This document shows positions 33,301 to 44,245 of a stretch of DNA of 44,245 bases, in pieces. Under the pieces are notes generated by a model. That model was not told the DNA's origin. It did no database searches and saw nothing but the letters and a program-made list of their open reading frames with translations. The first letter of the stretch is position 1, and each line of letters opens with the position of its first letter. This stretch comes from Fluviibacter sp. (GTDB lineage Bacteria; Pseudomonadota; Gammaproteobacteria; Burkholderiales; Rhodocyclaceae): contig JBJTFJ010000149.1 in assembly GCA_046093345.1 (NCBI GenBank), positions 1-44,245 on the forward strand, in the 5' to 3' direction. Position numbers and translations under genes: made by a program.

Positions 33301-33780
33301 GTGAGTTTTACTAAAACTCAATCCCGTTTTTGCTTTAGTAGGGCATCAAGGCTACTTAAACCGTCGGAGTTCCAGGCGGTCTTTGATGCCCGTAAAGCTT
33401 GCCGAGGGCAATGGCTGACGGTACATCGTTATCAGCCCAGCCAATCTCGAGCGCGCTCTGAAAACGAGCAGATTGAATTCATCGAACATAGCCATTTGAC
33501 CAGCCGGTTGGGTCTAATCGTGGCCAAACGCCTGGTTGCTGCTTCTGCGCGTCGAAATCTAATCCGACGGGTATTGCGCGAGCATTTCCGCACATCGCCG
33601 GCAGCTTTTCCTGCGGGGGACTGGATTGTTCGGCTGCATGAATCACCATTTCGCGTGAAAAAAGGCGAGCTCGCACCTACCCGACTGCAGGTCGTTACAG
33701 GGTTGCGTACGGACATTCGACAGATTATGAACCGTGTCGCTGGTCATATCCGAAAAGAAAAACAGGATCAGCCGACATGA
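33301..33780 (+). CDS. rnpA: Ribonuclease P protein component
   Basis: [20 protein letters not shown] and RNR motif [13 protein letters not shown]; lies between rpmH and yidD. Confidence 0.88.
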   Translation: MSFTKTQSRFCFSRASRLLKPSEFQAVFDARKACRGQWLTVHRYQPSQSRARSENEQIEFIEHSHLTSRLGLIVAKRLVAASARRNLIRRVLREHFRTSPAAFPAGDWIVRLHESPFRVKKGELAPTRLQVVTGLRTDIRQIMNRVAGHIRKEKQDQPT

Positions 33781-34034
33781 AACACGACCTGCTGGCGCGC
33801 TTGATCGCGTTGCCGGGTAAGCTAATCCAGCAGTTGTTATTGGCGCTGATCCGGGTCTATCGCTATGCCTTAAGCCCGTTTTTAGGGCAGCGCTGCCGCT
33901 TTTACCCGAGCTGTTCTGCCTATGCGGCAGAGGCTTTAACCCGATATGGGCCTTTGCGCGGATCGTGGTTGGCCATAAAAAGAGTGCTACGTTGTCACCC
34001 TTTCCATCCCGGTGGACACGATCCTGTGCCCTGA
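33777..34034 (+). CDS. yidD: Membrane protein insertion efficiency factor YidD
   Basis: [10 protein letters not shown] and [14 protein letters not shown] motifs. Confidence 0.95.
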   Translation: MKHDLLARLIALPGKLIQQLLLALIRVYRYALSPFLGQRCRFYPSCSAYAAEALTRYGPLRGSWLAIKRVLRCHPFHPGGHDPVP

Positions 34035-34109
34035 ATCTGGTACCCTTGCATGCTTTGTAGCGTTGCAAACGCAGCGCCCGATTTTTTGAACCTTCTCGCT
34101 GGCTGAACC

Positions 34110-35762
34110 ATGGATTACCGTCGTTTATTTCTTACCCTGATTTTCACCATCTCCGTATTCCTGCTTTGGGAAGGCTGGGGCCAGCATAAAGCTGGGCAGA
34201 AAGCAGCCAACATGCCGCCGGCCGCTACACAATCAGCCGATTCGCCCAAGGGTTCGGTTGATCTGCGTGCCAAAGATAGTGGTGCTGTTCCATCGCGTAG
34301 CAATGGAAATGGCGACAAGGCTGTTGCGCAGCCAGCTGCGGTAGCTGATGCGCCAACGGTCACGGTAAAGACAGACGAATACGTTGCCACGATCAGCTTG
34401 GCCGGTGCCAGCATTACTAACCTGGAACTGATTCAACACAAGGGTGATGATAAGTCCGGCTTCGTTGAACTGTTTGGCAAAACACACCACTATGCCGCGC
34501 AATCGGGCCTGATTGGTGACGGCATGCCGAACCACAAGACATTGTGGCGCCAGGTTTCGTCGGGTAACGAACTGAAAGCGGGCCAGAATACGCTGGATGT
34601 CGTTTTTGAAGCGGACGCAGCCAATGGCGGTAAAGTTAGCAAGACACTAACCTTCAAACGTGGCGACTATGGCATTGATGTCACCTACAAACTGAAGGGT
34701 GTTGCTGCCGATAAGGCAGATGCGTACTTCCAGCTGGTGCGTGATGACAAAGCACCGGCCGGTGATCCAAACATGGTGAGCGTTTTTACGGGCCCTGCTT
34801 TCTACACCGATGCTCAGAAGTTCAACAAGATCAAATTTGCCGACATTGCTGATGGCAGTGCCAAATTTGAAAAGACCGCTAACGACGGCTGGGTTGCCAT
34901 GATCCAGCATTATTTTGTAACGGCCTTTATTCCTGCTGCTGGCACGCCACGTGAGTTCTACACGCGTCAGGTTGAGCCGGGTGTATTTGCTGCCGGCGTC
35001 ATCGTGCCGATGCCAGCCGCTACGAATGGTGTGAGCACACTGACTGTGCCACTGTACGCTGGCCCGCAAGAACACAGCACGCTTGAAAAAGTGGCGCCTG
35101 GTTTTGATCTGGTTGTTGACTATGGTTGGCTGACCGTACTGGCCGCACCAATTTTCTGGGTGCTGGAATGGCTGGAAGTTCTGACGGGTAACTGGGGCTG
35201 GGCGATTGTGCTCATGACCATCATGCTCAAGCTGATCTTCTTCCCGCTGTCAGCCGCTAGCTATAAATCAATGGCGCGCATGCGTACCGTGACCCCACGC
35301 CTGATGGCGCTGAAAGAACGTTACGGTGACGACAAGCAGAAACTGAATCAGGAAATGATGGATCTATACCGCAAGGAAAAGATCAATCCACTGGGCGGCT
35401 GCTTGCCGATCCTGGTGCAGATTCCTGTGTTTATTGCGCTGTACTGGGTGTTGCTCGGTGCTGTTGAAATGCGTAACGCGCCGTGGGTGGGTTGGATTCA
35501 TGATCTGACTCAGCCAGATCCGTTCTACATTCTGCCTGCCATCATGATGGCCACTATGCTGTTCCAGGTGAAGCTGAACCCAACGCCGCCGGATCCTGTG
35601 CAAGCCAAGATCATGTGGATTATGCCGTTGGGTTTTGGTGTGATGTTCTTCTTCTTCCCGGCAGGTCTGGTGCTGTACTGGACGGTAAACAACGTTCTGT
35701 CGATTGCACAGCAATGGGCCATTAACCGCAAGATCGAAGCCGCCAAACACGGCCACCGTTAA
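34110..35762 (+). CDS. yidC: Membrane protein insertase YidC
   Basis: [28 protein letters not shown] and PAGLVLYW motifs. Confidence 0.97.
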   Translation: MDYRRLFLTLIFTISVFLLWEGWGQHKAGQKAANMPPAATQSADSPKGSVDLRAKDSGAVPSRSNGNGDKAVAQPAAVADAPTVTVKTDEYVATISLAGASITNLELIQHKGDDKSGFVELFGKTHHYAAQSGLIGDGMPNHKTLWRQVSSGNELKAGQNTLDVVFEADAANGGKVSKTLTFKRGDYGIDVTYKLKGVAADKADAYFQLVRDDKAPAGDPNMVSVFTGPAFYTDAQKFNKIKFADIADGSAKFEKTANDGWVAMIQHYFVTAFIPAAGTPREFYTRQVEPGVFAAGVIVPMPAATNGVSTLTVPLYAGPQEHSTLEKVAPGFDLVVDYGWLTVLAAPIFWVLEWLEVLTGNWGWAIVLMTIMLKLIFFPLSAASYKSMARMRTVTPRLMALKERYGDDKQKLNQEMMDLYRKEKINPLGGCLPILVQIPVFIALYWVLLGAVEMRNAPWVGWIHDLTQPDPFYILPAIMMATMLFQVKLNPTPPDPVQAKIMWIMPLGFGVMFFFFPAGLVLYWTVNNVLSIAQQWAINRKIEAAKHGHR

Positions 35763-35763
35763 G

Positions 35764-37098
35764 ATGCTGAATCCACCCATCGCGGCCATCGCCACGGCGC
35801 CGGGTCGCGGTGGTGTGGGCATTGTGCGGTTGTCGGGTGCCGGGCTGGCATCCTGGATACAACCGCTAACAGGCAAACCCCAGTCGGCAATTTTTGCGCA
35901 GCCGCGGGTTGCTACCCTTACTCAATTCGTTGACGATGCCGGTCAGGTGCTGGACGAAGGCCTGCTGATTTATTTTGCCGGCCCTAATTCGTTTACGGGT
36001 GAAGACGTGATCGAGTTGCAGGGCCACGGTGGTCCGGTCGTAATGCAACTGCTGTTGTCGCGCTGCCTTGATTTAGGTGCACGACTGGCGGAGCCGGGCG
36101 AATTTACCCGGCGCGCATTTCTCAACGGTAAGCTCGATCTGGCACAGGCCGAAGCCGTTGCCGATCTGATCAATGCATCCACGGCAACGGCCGCACGTTC
36201 GGCCGTACGTTCATTGCAAGGCGATTTCTCCCGAGCCATTGATGCACTGATGGACCCGTTGATCGAGTTACGGGCATTAACAGAAGCCACACTGGATTTT
36301 CCCGAAGAAGAAGTCGACTTCCTCAAGAGCATTCAGGCCGAGGCCCGTTTACAGAATATTCGTGAAGCGCTGGGCAAAGTGCAAACGAGCGCCAAGCAAG
36401 GAAAGCTGCTGCAAGATGGTTTAACGGTGGTGCTGATTGGTCAGCCTAATGTGGGCAAGTCATCATTGCTCAATGCACTGGCGGGCGAAGACCTAGCTAT
36501 TGTGACGCCAGTAGCCGGTACCACGCGAGACGTTGTGCGCGCCCATCTGCAAATCGAAGGCGTGCCCTTGCATGTGATTGATACCGCAGGCTTGCATGAC
36601 ACGCACGATGAAGTGGAGCGACTCGGTATCGAGCGCACCTGGAAAGAAATCGAAAAGGCGGATGTGGCCGTGCTGCTGACGGATGCGCAGCACGGATTAA
36701 CAGCTGCCGAAGAGTCCATTATTGCGCGACTTCCTGAAGGCACTACGCGCGTGATGGTGCAAAACAAGATTGATCTGGCAGCGGGTGCGGTTGCCGAAGC
36801 GTCGGTTGTGGCGATCTCTGCCAAAACCGGTGTGGGTGTTGATCAACTGCGTATGCGGTTATTGCAGATTGCCGGATGGCAACCGGGCGAGAGTTTGTTT
36901 ATTGCGCGCGAGCGCCATCTGCGTGCACTCAGCGACGCGGCAGAACATCTGGCTACTGCAGCGGCTGCATTGCCCGCGTTGGAAATTTTTGCCGAAGAAC
37001 TGCGCCTTGCGCACAAATCACTACAAAGCATTACAGGCGAATACACGCCGGACGATTTACTTGGGGCGATCTTCTCAAAGTTCTGTATTGGAAAGTGA
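35764..37098 (+). CDS. mnmE: tRNA modification GTPase MnmE
   Basis: [37 protein letters not shown] and C-terminal FCIGK. Confidence 0.97.
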   Translation: MLNPPIAAIATAPGRGGVGIVRLSGAGLASWIQPLTGKPQSAIFAQPRVATLTQFVDDAGQVLDEGLLIYFAGPNSFTGEDVIELQGHGGPVVMQLLLSRCLDLGARLAEPGEFTRRAFLNGKLDLAQAEAVADLINASTATAARSAVRSLQGDFSRAIDALMDPLIELRALTEATLDFPEEEVDFLKSIQAEARLQNIREALGKVQTSAKQGKLLQDGLTVVLIGQPNVGKSSLLNALAGEDLAIVTPVAGTTRDVVRAHLQIEGVPLHVIDTAGLHDTHDEVERLGIERTWKEIEKADVAVLLTDAQHGLTAAEESIIARLPEGTTRVMVQNKIDLAAGAVAEASVVAISAKTGVGVDQLRMRLLQIAGWQPGESLFIARERHLRALSDAAEHLATAAAALPALEIFAEELRLAHKSLQSITGEYTPDDLLGAIFSKFCIGK

Positions 37099-37234
37099 TA
37101 AGACCGTGTAGTGCCAGCGTTCGCGATATTTCTGGACTTTTATCCTGTAAATATTTGGCATTAAATTGCTTTAAGGTATTCTGCAAACATTGATACCCAT
37201 TTATGGGCTAAGACGTTAACCGACGAGGAGTAGC

Positions 37235-37756
37235 ATGCGCGCGATTCTTTTAAGCCTTTCTTTGGTTGCAGGCACAGCTTTAGCAGGACCGGATGACCCT
37301 TCGAAATTTGACCCCTCGGCGCTGGGCGCCCAGAAGGCGGTGTACCAGTTCAATCTAGAACGCCCTGAAGACCTGAATCAGGCATTGGGTTATATCAATA
37401 ACCATCTGAACAGCCTAAAAGAATATGGTGATGTAAAGAATTCTCACCTGGTTGTTGTAGCGCATGGCAATGAATTACATGCGCTTTCACGTTTAAACCG
37501 TGCAGCCTATCCCGATTTGTATGACCGTCTTAAGGCGTTAACAGATCAAGGCGTATCGTTCCGTGTTTGTAAAAACGCGGCAGCTTTCCGCGGTTATAAG
37601 CCGAACGATTTTTACGATCAGGTGACGGTGGTTCCGGCTGCAATGACAGAACTTCCCAAGTGGGAAGCAAAGGGATACAGCTATATCTCGGGCGGCGTTG
37701 TGAATAGAACCAAACGCACGGAGTTTCTCCAGAAACATCCTGAGGTTATGGATTGA
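37235..37756 (+). CDS. Exported DsrE/YchN-fold protein
   Basis: Signal peptide (ALA-G), KAVYQ, VVVAHG, GVSFRVC.N, VPAAM.EL and GYSYI motifs; GAGGAG RBS. Confidence 0.75.
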   Translation: MRAILLSLSLVAGTALAGPDDPSKFDPSALGAQKAVYQFNLERPEDLNQALGYINNHLNSLKEYGDVKNSHLVVVAHGNELHALSRLNRAAYPDLYDRLKALTDQGVSFRVCKNAAAFRGYKPNDFYDQVTVVPAAMTELPKWEAKGYSYISGGVVNRTKRTEFLQKHPEVMD

Positions 37757-37770
37757 GCGGTTTTGAAGGT

Positions 37771-38187
37771 ATGGGAAAAACAAAATACGGTTTGATGGTG
37801 CTGCTGAGCGCGATTTCCTTAGCAGGATGCGCCCCATCGTTATTTCCCGTGGAGATGCCTGTAACGGCATCATTAACGGATTCGGGCGGAACCGCTTCGC
37901 TCATTCCGTACCAACCGCTGGTTGTGCGTTTACCGGCTAATCCGAGCACCGGTTACGTCTGGTCTTACGCGGTTGCAGGTGATGATGTGCTGCGCCTCGA
38001 AACAGTCAGTGGTGAATCGGCAGGCGCGAATGGCATGGTGGGCGCCCCGGGTGAGCAGGTATGGTCGTTCCGCGCGCAAGGATCGGGTCTTGCTGTGCTG
38101 ACGTATGTTTACGCGCGGCCGTGGGAGAAAAACACGCCGCCCGCCAAGATTTTTACGCTAAAGGTTCAGGTTGCGCCTGCGCAGTAA
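37771..38187 (+). CDS. Chagasin-family (I42) cysteine protease inhibitor, lipoprotein
   Basis: Lipobox LAGC and the three I42 loops NPSTGY, VGAPG and YARPW. Confidence 0.88.
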   Translation: MGKTKYGLMVLLSAISLAGCAPSLFPVEMPVTASLTDSGGTASLIPYQPLVVRLPANPSTGYVWSYAVAGDDVLRLETVSGESAGANGMVGAPGEQVWSFRAQGSGLAVLTYVYARPWEKNTPPAKIFTLKVQVAPAQ

Positions 38188-39427
38188 GCCAGTTTAAAAC
38201 GCCGTGCCCCGCCTGTAAGCCCGTGGCCAAGCAGGCAGTGAGTAGATAGCCACCAGTAGGCGCTTCCCAATCCAGCATTTCTCCGGCCACAAAAATGCCG
38301 GGGAGCTTTTTGATCATGAAGTTTTGATCGACATCGTCGAAGCAAACGCCGCCGGCGGTGCTAATGGCTTCGGCAATTGGGCGTGTGGCGTGCACGGTAA
38401 TCGGCAATGCTTTGATTGTTGCGGCTAAGGTTTTTAAATCGTTAACCTGTTCTTTGTCGAGCACCTCGTAGAGCAGTGCTGTTTTAACGCTCGTAAAGCC
38501 CAGTGCCGATTTGAGATAGCTCGATAGTGATTTGCTGCCACGTCGGCAGAGTGCATCCAGAATTTTTTCGGGTGTGCGCTCGGGCGCCAGATCGATAGTG
38601 AACGTGGCGCTGCCTGCTGCATTGATGGTTTCGCGCAGGGGGCGGGACAGCGCATATATGAGGCTGCCTTCAATGCCCTCTCTGCTGATGATGCACTCGC
38701 CTTGTCGCTGATGCGTTTCACCGGTGTGATCAGTAAAGCTGATAGCGATAGACTTCAGCGGTTCACCCGAGAACTTCTGTTTGAGGAAGGCAGACCAAGA
38801 CGTTTCAAATCCACAGTTAGCGCTTTGCAATGGTGCCGGGTTAATGCCCTGCTTTTTAAGCAAAGCGACCCAGGTACCATCACTGCCCAGTTTGGGCCAG
38901 CTGGCGCCGCCCAGCGCGAGGATGGTGGCATCAGGTTGGATGGCGATCTCACCTTCCGGGCCGGTGATGCTTAGCGCGCCATTATCTGCCCAGCCTTGCC
39001 AGCGATGGCGGACGTGAAAACTCACGCCACTCTGTCGCAAACGATGTAGCCATGCTCGTAGCAAGGGGGCGGCTTTCATTTCTTTCGGGAAGACGCGACC
39101 CGAGGTGCCGACAAAGGTATCGATGCCGAGGCCGTGTACCCAGGCGCGTAGGTGTTCTGGTTTGAAATGATCGAGGCTAGGTTGCAGCAGGTTTTGTTCT
39201 GCACCGTAACGGCTGCAGAACATTTTGTAGTCTTCACTGTGCGTGATGTTCAAGCCACCGATGCCGGCCAGCAAGAGCTTACGGCCCACCGATGGCATGG
39301 CATCGTAAAGATCGACCTGGATGCCCGCTTGGCTAAGCACTTCGGCAGCCATCAGCCCGGCTGGCCCACCACCTATAATGGCGACGCGGAGATGGGTATT
39401 ATTGGCGGCAGACTCAGGCAGTGTCAT
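38153..39427 (-). CDS. BaiN/HI0933-family flavoprotein (TIGR03862-like)
   Basis: GGGPAGLMAA, GGLNITH, SGRVFP, AISTAGGV and GEMLDWEAPTGGYLL motifs. Confidence 0.88.
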   Translation of the reverse strand: MTLPESAANNTHLRVAIIGGGPAGLMAAEVLSQAGIQVDLYDAMPSVGRKLLLAGIGGLNITHSEDYKMFCSRYGAEQNLLQPSLDHFKPEHLRAWVHGLGIDTFVGTSGRVFPKEMKAAPLLRAWLHRLRQSGVSFHVRHRWQGWADNGALSITGPEGEIAIQPDATILALGGASWPKLGSDGTWVALLKKQGINPAPLQSANCGFETSWSAFLKQKFSGEPLKSIAISFTDHTGETHQRQGECIISREGIEGSLIYALSRPLRETINAAGSATFTIDLAPERTPEKILDALCRRGSKSLSSYLKSALGFTSVKTALLYEVLDKEQVNDLKTLAATIKALPITVHATRPIAEAISTAGGVCFDDVDQNFMIKKLPGIFVAGEMLDWEAPTGGYLLTACLATGLQAGHGVLNWLTAQAQPEPLA

Positions 39428-39452
39428 GCCGCCATTTTACGCTGAGCGGAGA

Positions 39453-41027
39453 TTAGGCCGGTGCAGAGCTTCGGATCAGATAATCGAAGGCGCCTAGAGA
39501 GGCTTTGGCACCTTCGCCCATGGCGATGATGATCTGCTTGTATGGCACGGTCGTGCAGTCACCGGCTGCGAAAATTCCTGTGGCTGATGTTTGCCCACGT
39601 GCGTCGATCTCGATTTCGCCCATCTTCGAAAGATTGAGAGTGCCTTTAAGCCAATCAGTGTTGGGAAGCAGACCGATCTGTACGAAGATCCCTTCGAGCT
39701 CGAGGTGGATGTTGTCACCGGTTTCGCGGTTCTTGTAAACGAGGCCGTTGACCTTGCTGCCATCGCCCAGCACTTCCATCGTTTGGGCGTTCTTGAGAAT
39801 GACCACGTTAGGTAAGCTGGCCAGCTTGCGCTGGAGAACGGCATCGGCACGAAGTTCTGCACCGAATTCGATGAGCGTGACATGCCCGACGATACCGGCC
39901 AGATCAATCGCCGCCTCGACGCCCGAGTTGCCACCACCAACCACGGCAACACGTTTGCCTTTGAATAACGGACCATCACAGTGCGGGCAGTAGGCAACGC
40001 CCTTGCCACGGTATTCCTGCTCGCCAGGTACGTTAAGCTCACGCCACCGCGCGCCGGTGGAAAGAATGACGCTCTTGGCTTTGAGCGTAGCGCCGCTGGC
40101 GGTGCGTACCTCGGCGTAACCGCCTGGGGTTGTTGCAGGCGTGAGAGATTCGGCACGCTGCAGGTTCATGATGTCGACTTCATAGGACTTCACGTGCTGC
40201 TCGAGTTGGGTAACCAGTTTTGGCCCTTCGGTTTCTTGAACGGAAATAAAGTTCTCGATGCCGACGGTGTCCATGACCTGGCCGCCGAAACGCTCGGCGA
40301 GGATGCCGGTGCGGATGCCTTTGCGGGCAGCGTACACAGCCGCGGCCGAACCCGCTGGGCCACCGCCGACAATGAGGACATCGTAGGGCGCTTGAGCGCT
40401 GATTTTTTCGGCTTCGCGGGCGGCTGCGCCGGTATCGAGCTTGGCGAGGATTTCTTCGATGGTCATGCGGCCGGCACCAAACTCTTCGCCATTCAGATAG
40501 ACGGTGGGCACGGCCATGATCTGACGTGACTCAACGATCTCCTGGAACATGGCACCGTCGATCATTGTGTGCTGAACGCGTGGATTAACTGCAGCCATGA
40601 GGTTGAGTGCCTGAACGACATCCGGGCAGTTATGGCAGCTGAGTGAAATGAAAGTTTCGAACTTGTAGTCGCCCGGCAGATTACGGATCTGCTCGATCAC
40701 GCTGGCATCTACCTTTGGTGGATAGCCGCCCATTTGTAGTAGTGCGAGTACCAGCGAGGTGAACTCGTGGCCCATCGGCAGACCGGCAAAGCGTGCGACA
40801 CCGCGTTGTTCTATGTTGTTCAGCGGAGCGACACGGAATGATGGTACGAGTTCTGAATCGTTGCTTTTAATAACGCTAACTTTGTCGGAAAGCGCGGCTA
40901 TCTCGTTGACGAGTTCGCGCATCTGCTCCGAGTTACCACTTTCATCCAGTGAGGTGATCAGTTGAATGGGTTGTTCAAGGCGTTCGAGGTAGGCCTTAAG
41001 TTGTTCTTGGATGTTGGCGTCAAGCAT
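39453..41027 (-). CDS. ahpF: Alkyl hydroperoxide reductase subunit F
   Basis: MLDAN start, [25 protein letters not shown] and GGGNSG motifs. Confidence 0.97.
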   Translation of the reverse strand: MLDANIQEQLKAYLERLEQPIQLITSLDESGNSEQMRELVNEIAALSDKVSVIKSNDSELVPSFRVAPLNNIEQRGVARFAGLPMGHEFTSLVLALLQMGGYPPKVDASVIEQIRNLPGDYKFETFISLSCHNCPDVVQALNLMAAVNPRVQHTMIDGAMFQEIVESRQIMAVPTVYLNGEEFGAGRMTIEEILAKLDTGAAAREAEKISAQAPYDVLIVGGGPAGSAAAVYAARKGIRTGILAERFGGQVMDTVGIENFISVQETEGPKLVTQLEQHVKSYEVDIMNLQRAESLTPATTPGGYAEVRTASGATLKAKSVILSTGARWRELNVPGEQEYRGKGVAYCPHCDGPLFKGKRVAVVGGGNSGVEAAIDLAGIVGHVTLIEFGAELRADAVLQRKLASLPNVVILKNAQTMEVLGDGSKVNGLVYKNRETGDNIHLELEGIFVQIGLLPNTDWLKGTLNLSKMGEIEIDARGQTSATGIFAAGDCTTVPYKQIIIAMGEGAKASLGAFDYLIRSSAPA

Positions 41028-41231
41028 GATGGTCTCCCAAGGCGTTATCTGAGATTCTGGGTCTGCGGTAATCGCATGACAAAACATAGTCGGGGTTTGG
41101 GCAAAGCTATGCCGACTCGCTGCTTGGCGATGCAATCACAATATTTATGGGGTGCCCGGAGCCGTAGCTCCGGGCGTTCTCTGTTGCGGTTGATTTAGAC
41201 CGCAGTCCGACGGTTCATAGCCGTCGTGGAC

Positions 41232-41795
41232 TTAGATCTTGCCAACCAGATCCAGCGATGGCTTCAGCGTGGTTGCGCCTTCTTTCCACTTGGCTGGGCA
41301 AACCTCACCCGGATGCGATGCGGTGTACTGAGCGGCTTTGAGCTTGCGCAGAGTTTCCGAAATATCGCGAGCGATTTCATTCGAGTGGATTTCCAGAGTT
41401 TTAATCTTGCCTTCTGGGTTGATGATGAACGTACCACGCAGTGACAGACCTTCTTCTGGAATGTGAACACCAAACGCGTTGGTCAGTTGGTGTGTTGGAT
41501 CACCGATTAGTGGGAACTGGGCCTTGCCAACAGCTGGCGAGGTTTCGTGCCAAACCTTGTGCGAGAAGTGCGTATCGGTAGTAACGATATATACCTCGGC
41601 ACCAGCCTTCTGGAATTCGGCGTAGTTGTTAGCCGCATCTTCAATTTCAGTTGGGCAGTTGAAGGTAAAAGCGGCTGGCATGAATATCAGCACGGACCAT
41701 TTGCCCTTGAGGCTGGCCTCGGTGATTTCGACGAACTTGCCGTTGTGAAAGGCCTGTGCCTTAAATGGTTGCACTTCGGTGTTGATCAGTGACAT
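41232..41795 (-). CDS. ahpC: Alkyl hydroperoxide reductase subunit C (2-Cys peroxiredoxin)
   Basis: MSLINT..., FTFNCPTE, VCPAKW and SLDLVGKI; 187 aa with an AGGAG RBS. Confidence 0.97.
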   Translation of the reverse strand: MSLINTEVQPFKAQAFHNGKFVEITEASLKGKWSVLIFMPAAFTFNCPTEIEDAANNYAEFQKAGAEVYIVTTDTHFSHKVWHETSPAVGKAQFPLIGDPTHQLTNAFGVHIPEEGLSLRGTFIINPEGKIKTLEIHSNEIARDISETLRKLKAAQYTASHPGEVCPAKWKEGATTLKPSLDLVGKI

Positions 41796-41848
41796 GCTGG
41801 ACTCCTGTTTTAAGTTTGGGTAAGGCAAATGTCGTATCGACAAGAAGC

Positions 41849-41914
41849 AGTGTACGGACACTGAACCGATAAATCCAATTGATTGTTACTAAATATCTGT
41901 TAGCCAAAAACTAT
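41849..41914 (-). promoter_or_regulatory. OxyR-activated ahpC promoter: OxyR box (41878-41914) abutting -35/-10
   Basis: Minus strand ATAG-N7-CTAA-N7-TTAG-N7-CAAT (consensus ATAG-N7-CTAT-N7-ATAG-N7-CTAT), immediately followed by TGGATT-N17-TACACT. Confidence 0.85.
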
Positions 41915-42059
41915 TGGTCGGCGAGAGGCTTATATGGGCAAACGTGAAGAAATCCTTGAAAAATCAACCTAAAAGGCGATGCATTGACTAAAATTAGCAC
42001 CCTTTTGTGTTGCGCAGATTAAGGCTTGCTGAAATAGCAGCTGTTTTTGTGGTGGGCTG

Positions 42060-43960
<1,901 letters not shown>

Positions 43961-43964
<4 letters not shown>

Positions 43965-44245
43965 GCGCTGACCGAGCGGCCGAAAGCGCGCAGCTGATGG
44001 CGGGTGCCGCCCAGATGGGCGTGCCGATGACTGAAGCGCAAGCCGACAAGTTGCTCGATTATCTGGATTTGCTGCAGAAATGGAACAAGGCCTATAACTT
44101 AACGGCGGTGCGCGAACGCCCGGCGATGCTAACGCAGCACTTGCTGGATTCGCTCTCGATTGTGCCGCATTTGCCGCCGGGCGATCTGCTGGATGTGGGC
44201 AGCGGTGGCGGTTTGCCGGGAATTCCGCTGGCCATTCTGCAGCCG
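43961..44245 (+). CDS. rsmG: 16S rRNA m7G527 methyltransferase RsmG (GidB), partial and running off the window
   Basis: Manual translation from the GTG overlapping the mnmG stop gives [17 protein letters not shown] and [16 protein letters not shown]. Confidence 0.95.

Noticed and set aside
37156-37170. Sigma-54-like promoter TGGCATTAAATTGCT upstream of the DsrE-like gene
   Set aside because: There are only 9 nt between GG and GC, and -24/-12 promoters strictly need 10.
38153-38187. 35-bp tail-to-tail overlap of the chagasin and flavoprotein genes
   Set aside because: Short convergent overlaps are common in compact genomes, and I see no sign of function.
41640-41690. AhpC active-site variant MPAAFTFNCPTE versus YPADFTFVCPTE
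   Set aside because: The PxxxTxxC catalytic pattern is intact, and I recall this variant from other betaproteobacterial AhpC proteins.

Overview
This is the chromosomal replication-origin region of a betaproteobacterium, probably Rhodocyclales-like (inferred from gene order, no recF between dnaN and gyrB, and the presence of hprK). Left to right it holds: tRNA-Arg(CCG), cytochrome c5, rep, recA-recX-lptB-rpoN-hpf-ptsN-hprK, a ttcA/pteridine reductase/MidA/cca/NDUFA9-like/slt block, ilvA, a large FAD/Fe-S oxidoreductase split by a 1-nt frameshift, and accessory genes (MBL hydrolase, PliI-like inhibitor, HIT). Then come oxyR bracketed by three parS sites, rsuA-like, gyrB-dnaN-[oriC]-dnaA, rpmH-rnpA-yidD-yidC-mnmE, an insert (exported DsrE-like protein, chagasin I42 lipoprotein, flavoprotein, ahpF-ahpC with a near-perfect OxyR box), and mnmG-rsmG (partial). 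Most of the window is housekeeping, and I found no mobile element, CRISPR array or clearly new multi-gene system. The best leads are the parS pair enclosing the putative oxyR promoter, the oxidoreductase split at a domain boundary, the oriC fine structure, and two exported inhibitors of eukaryote-type hydrolases. All family calls are from motif recognition by eye, not from database searches.
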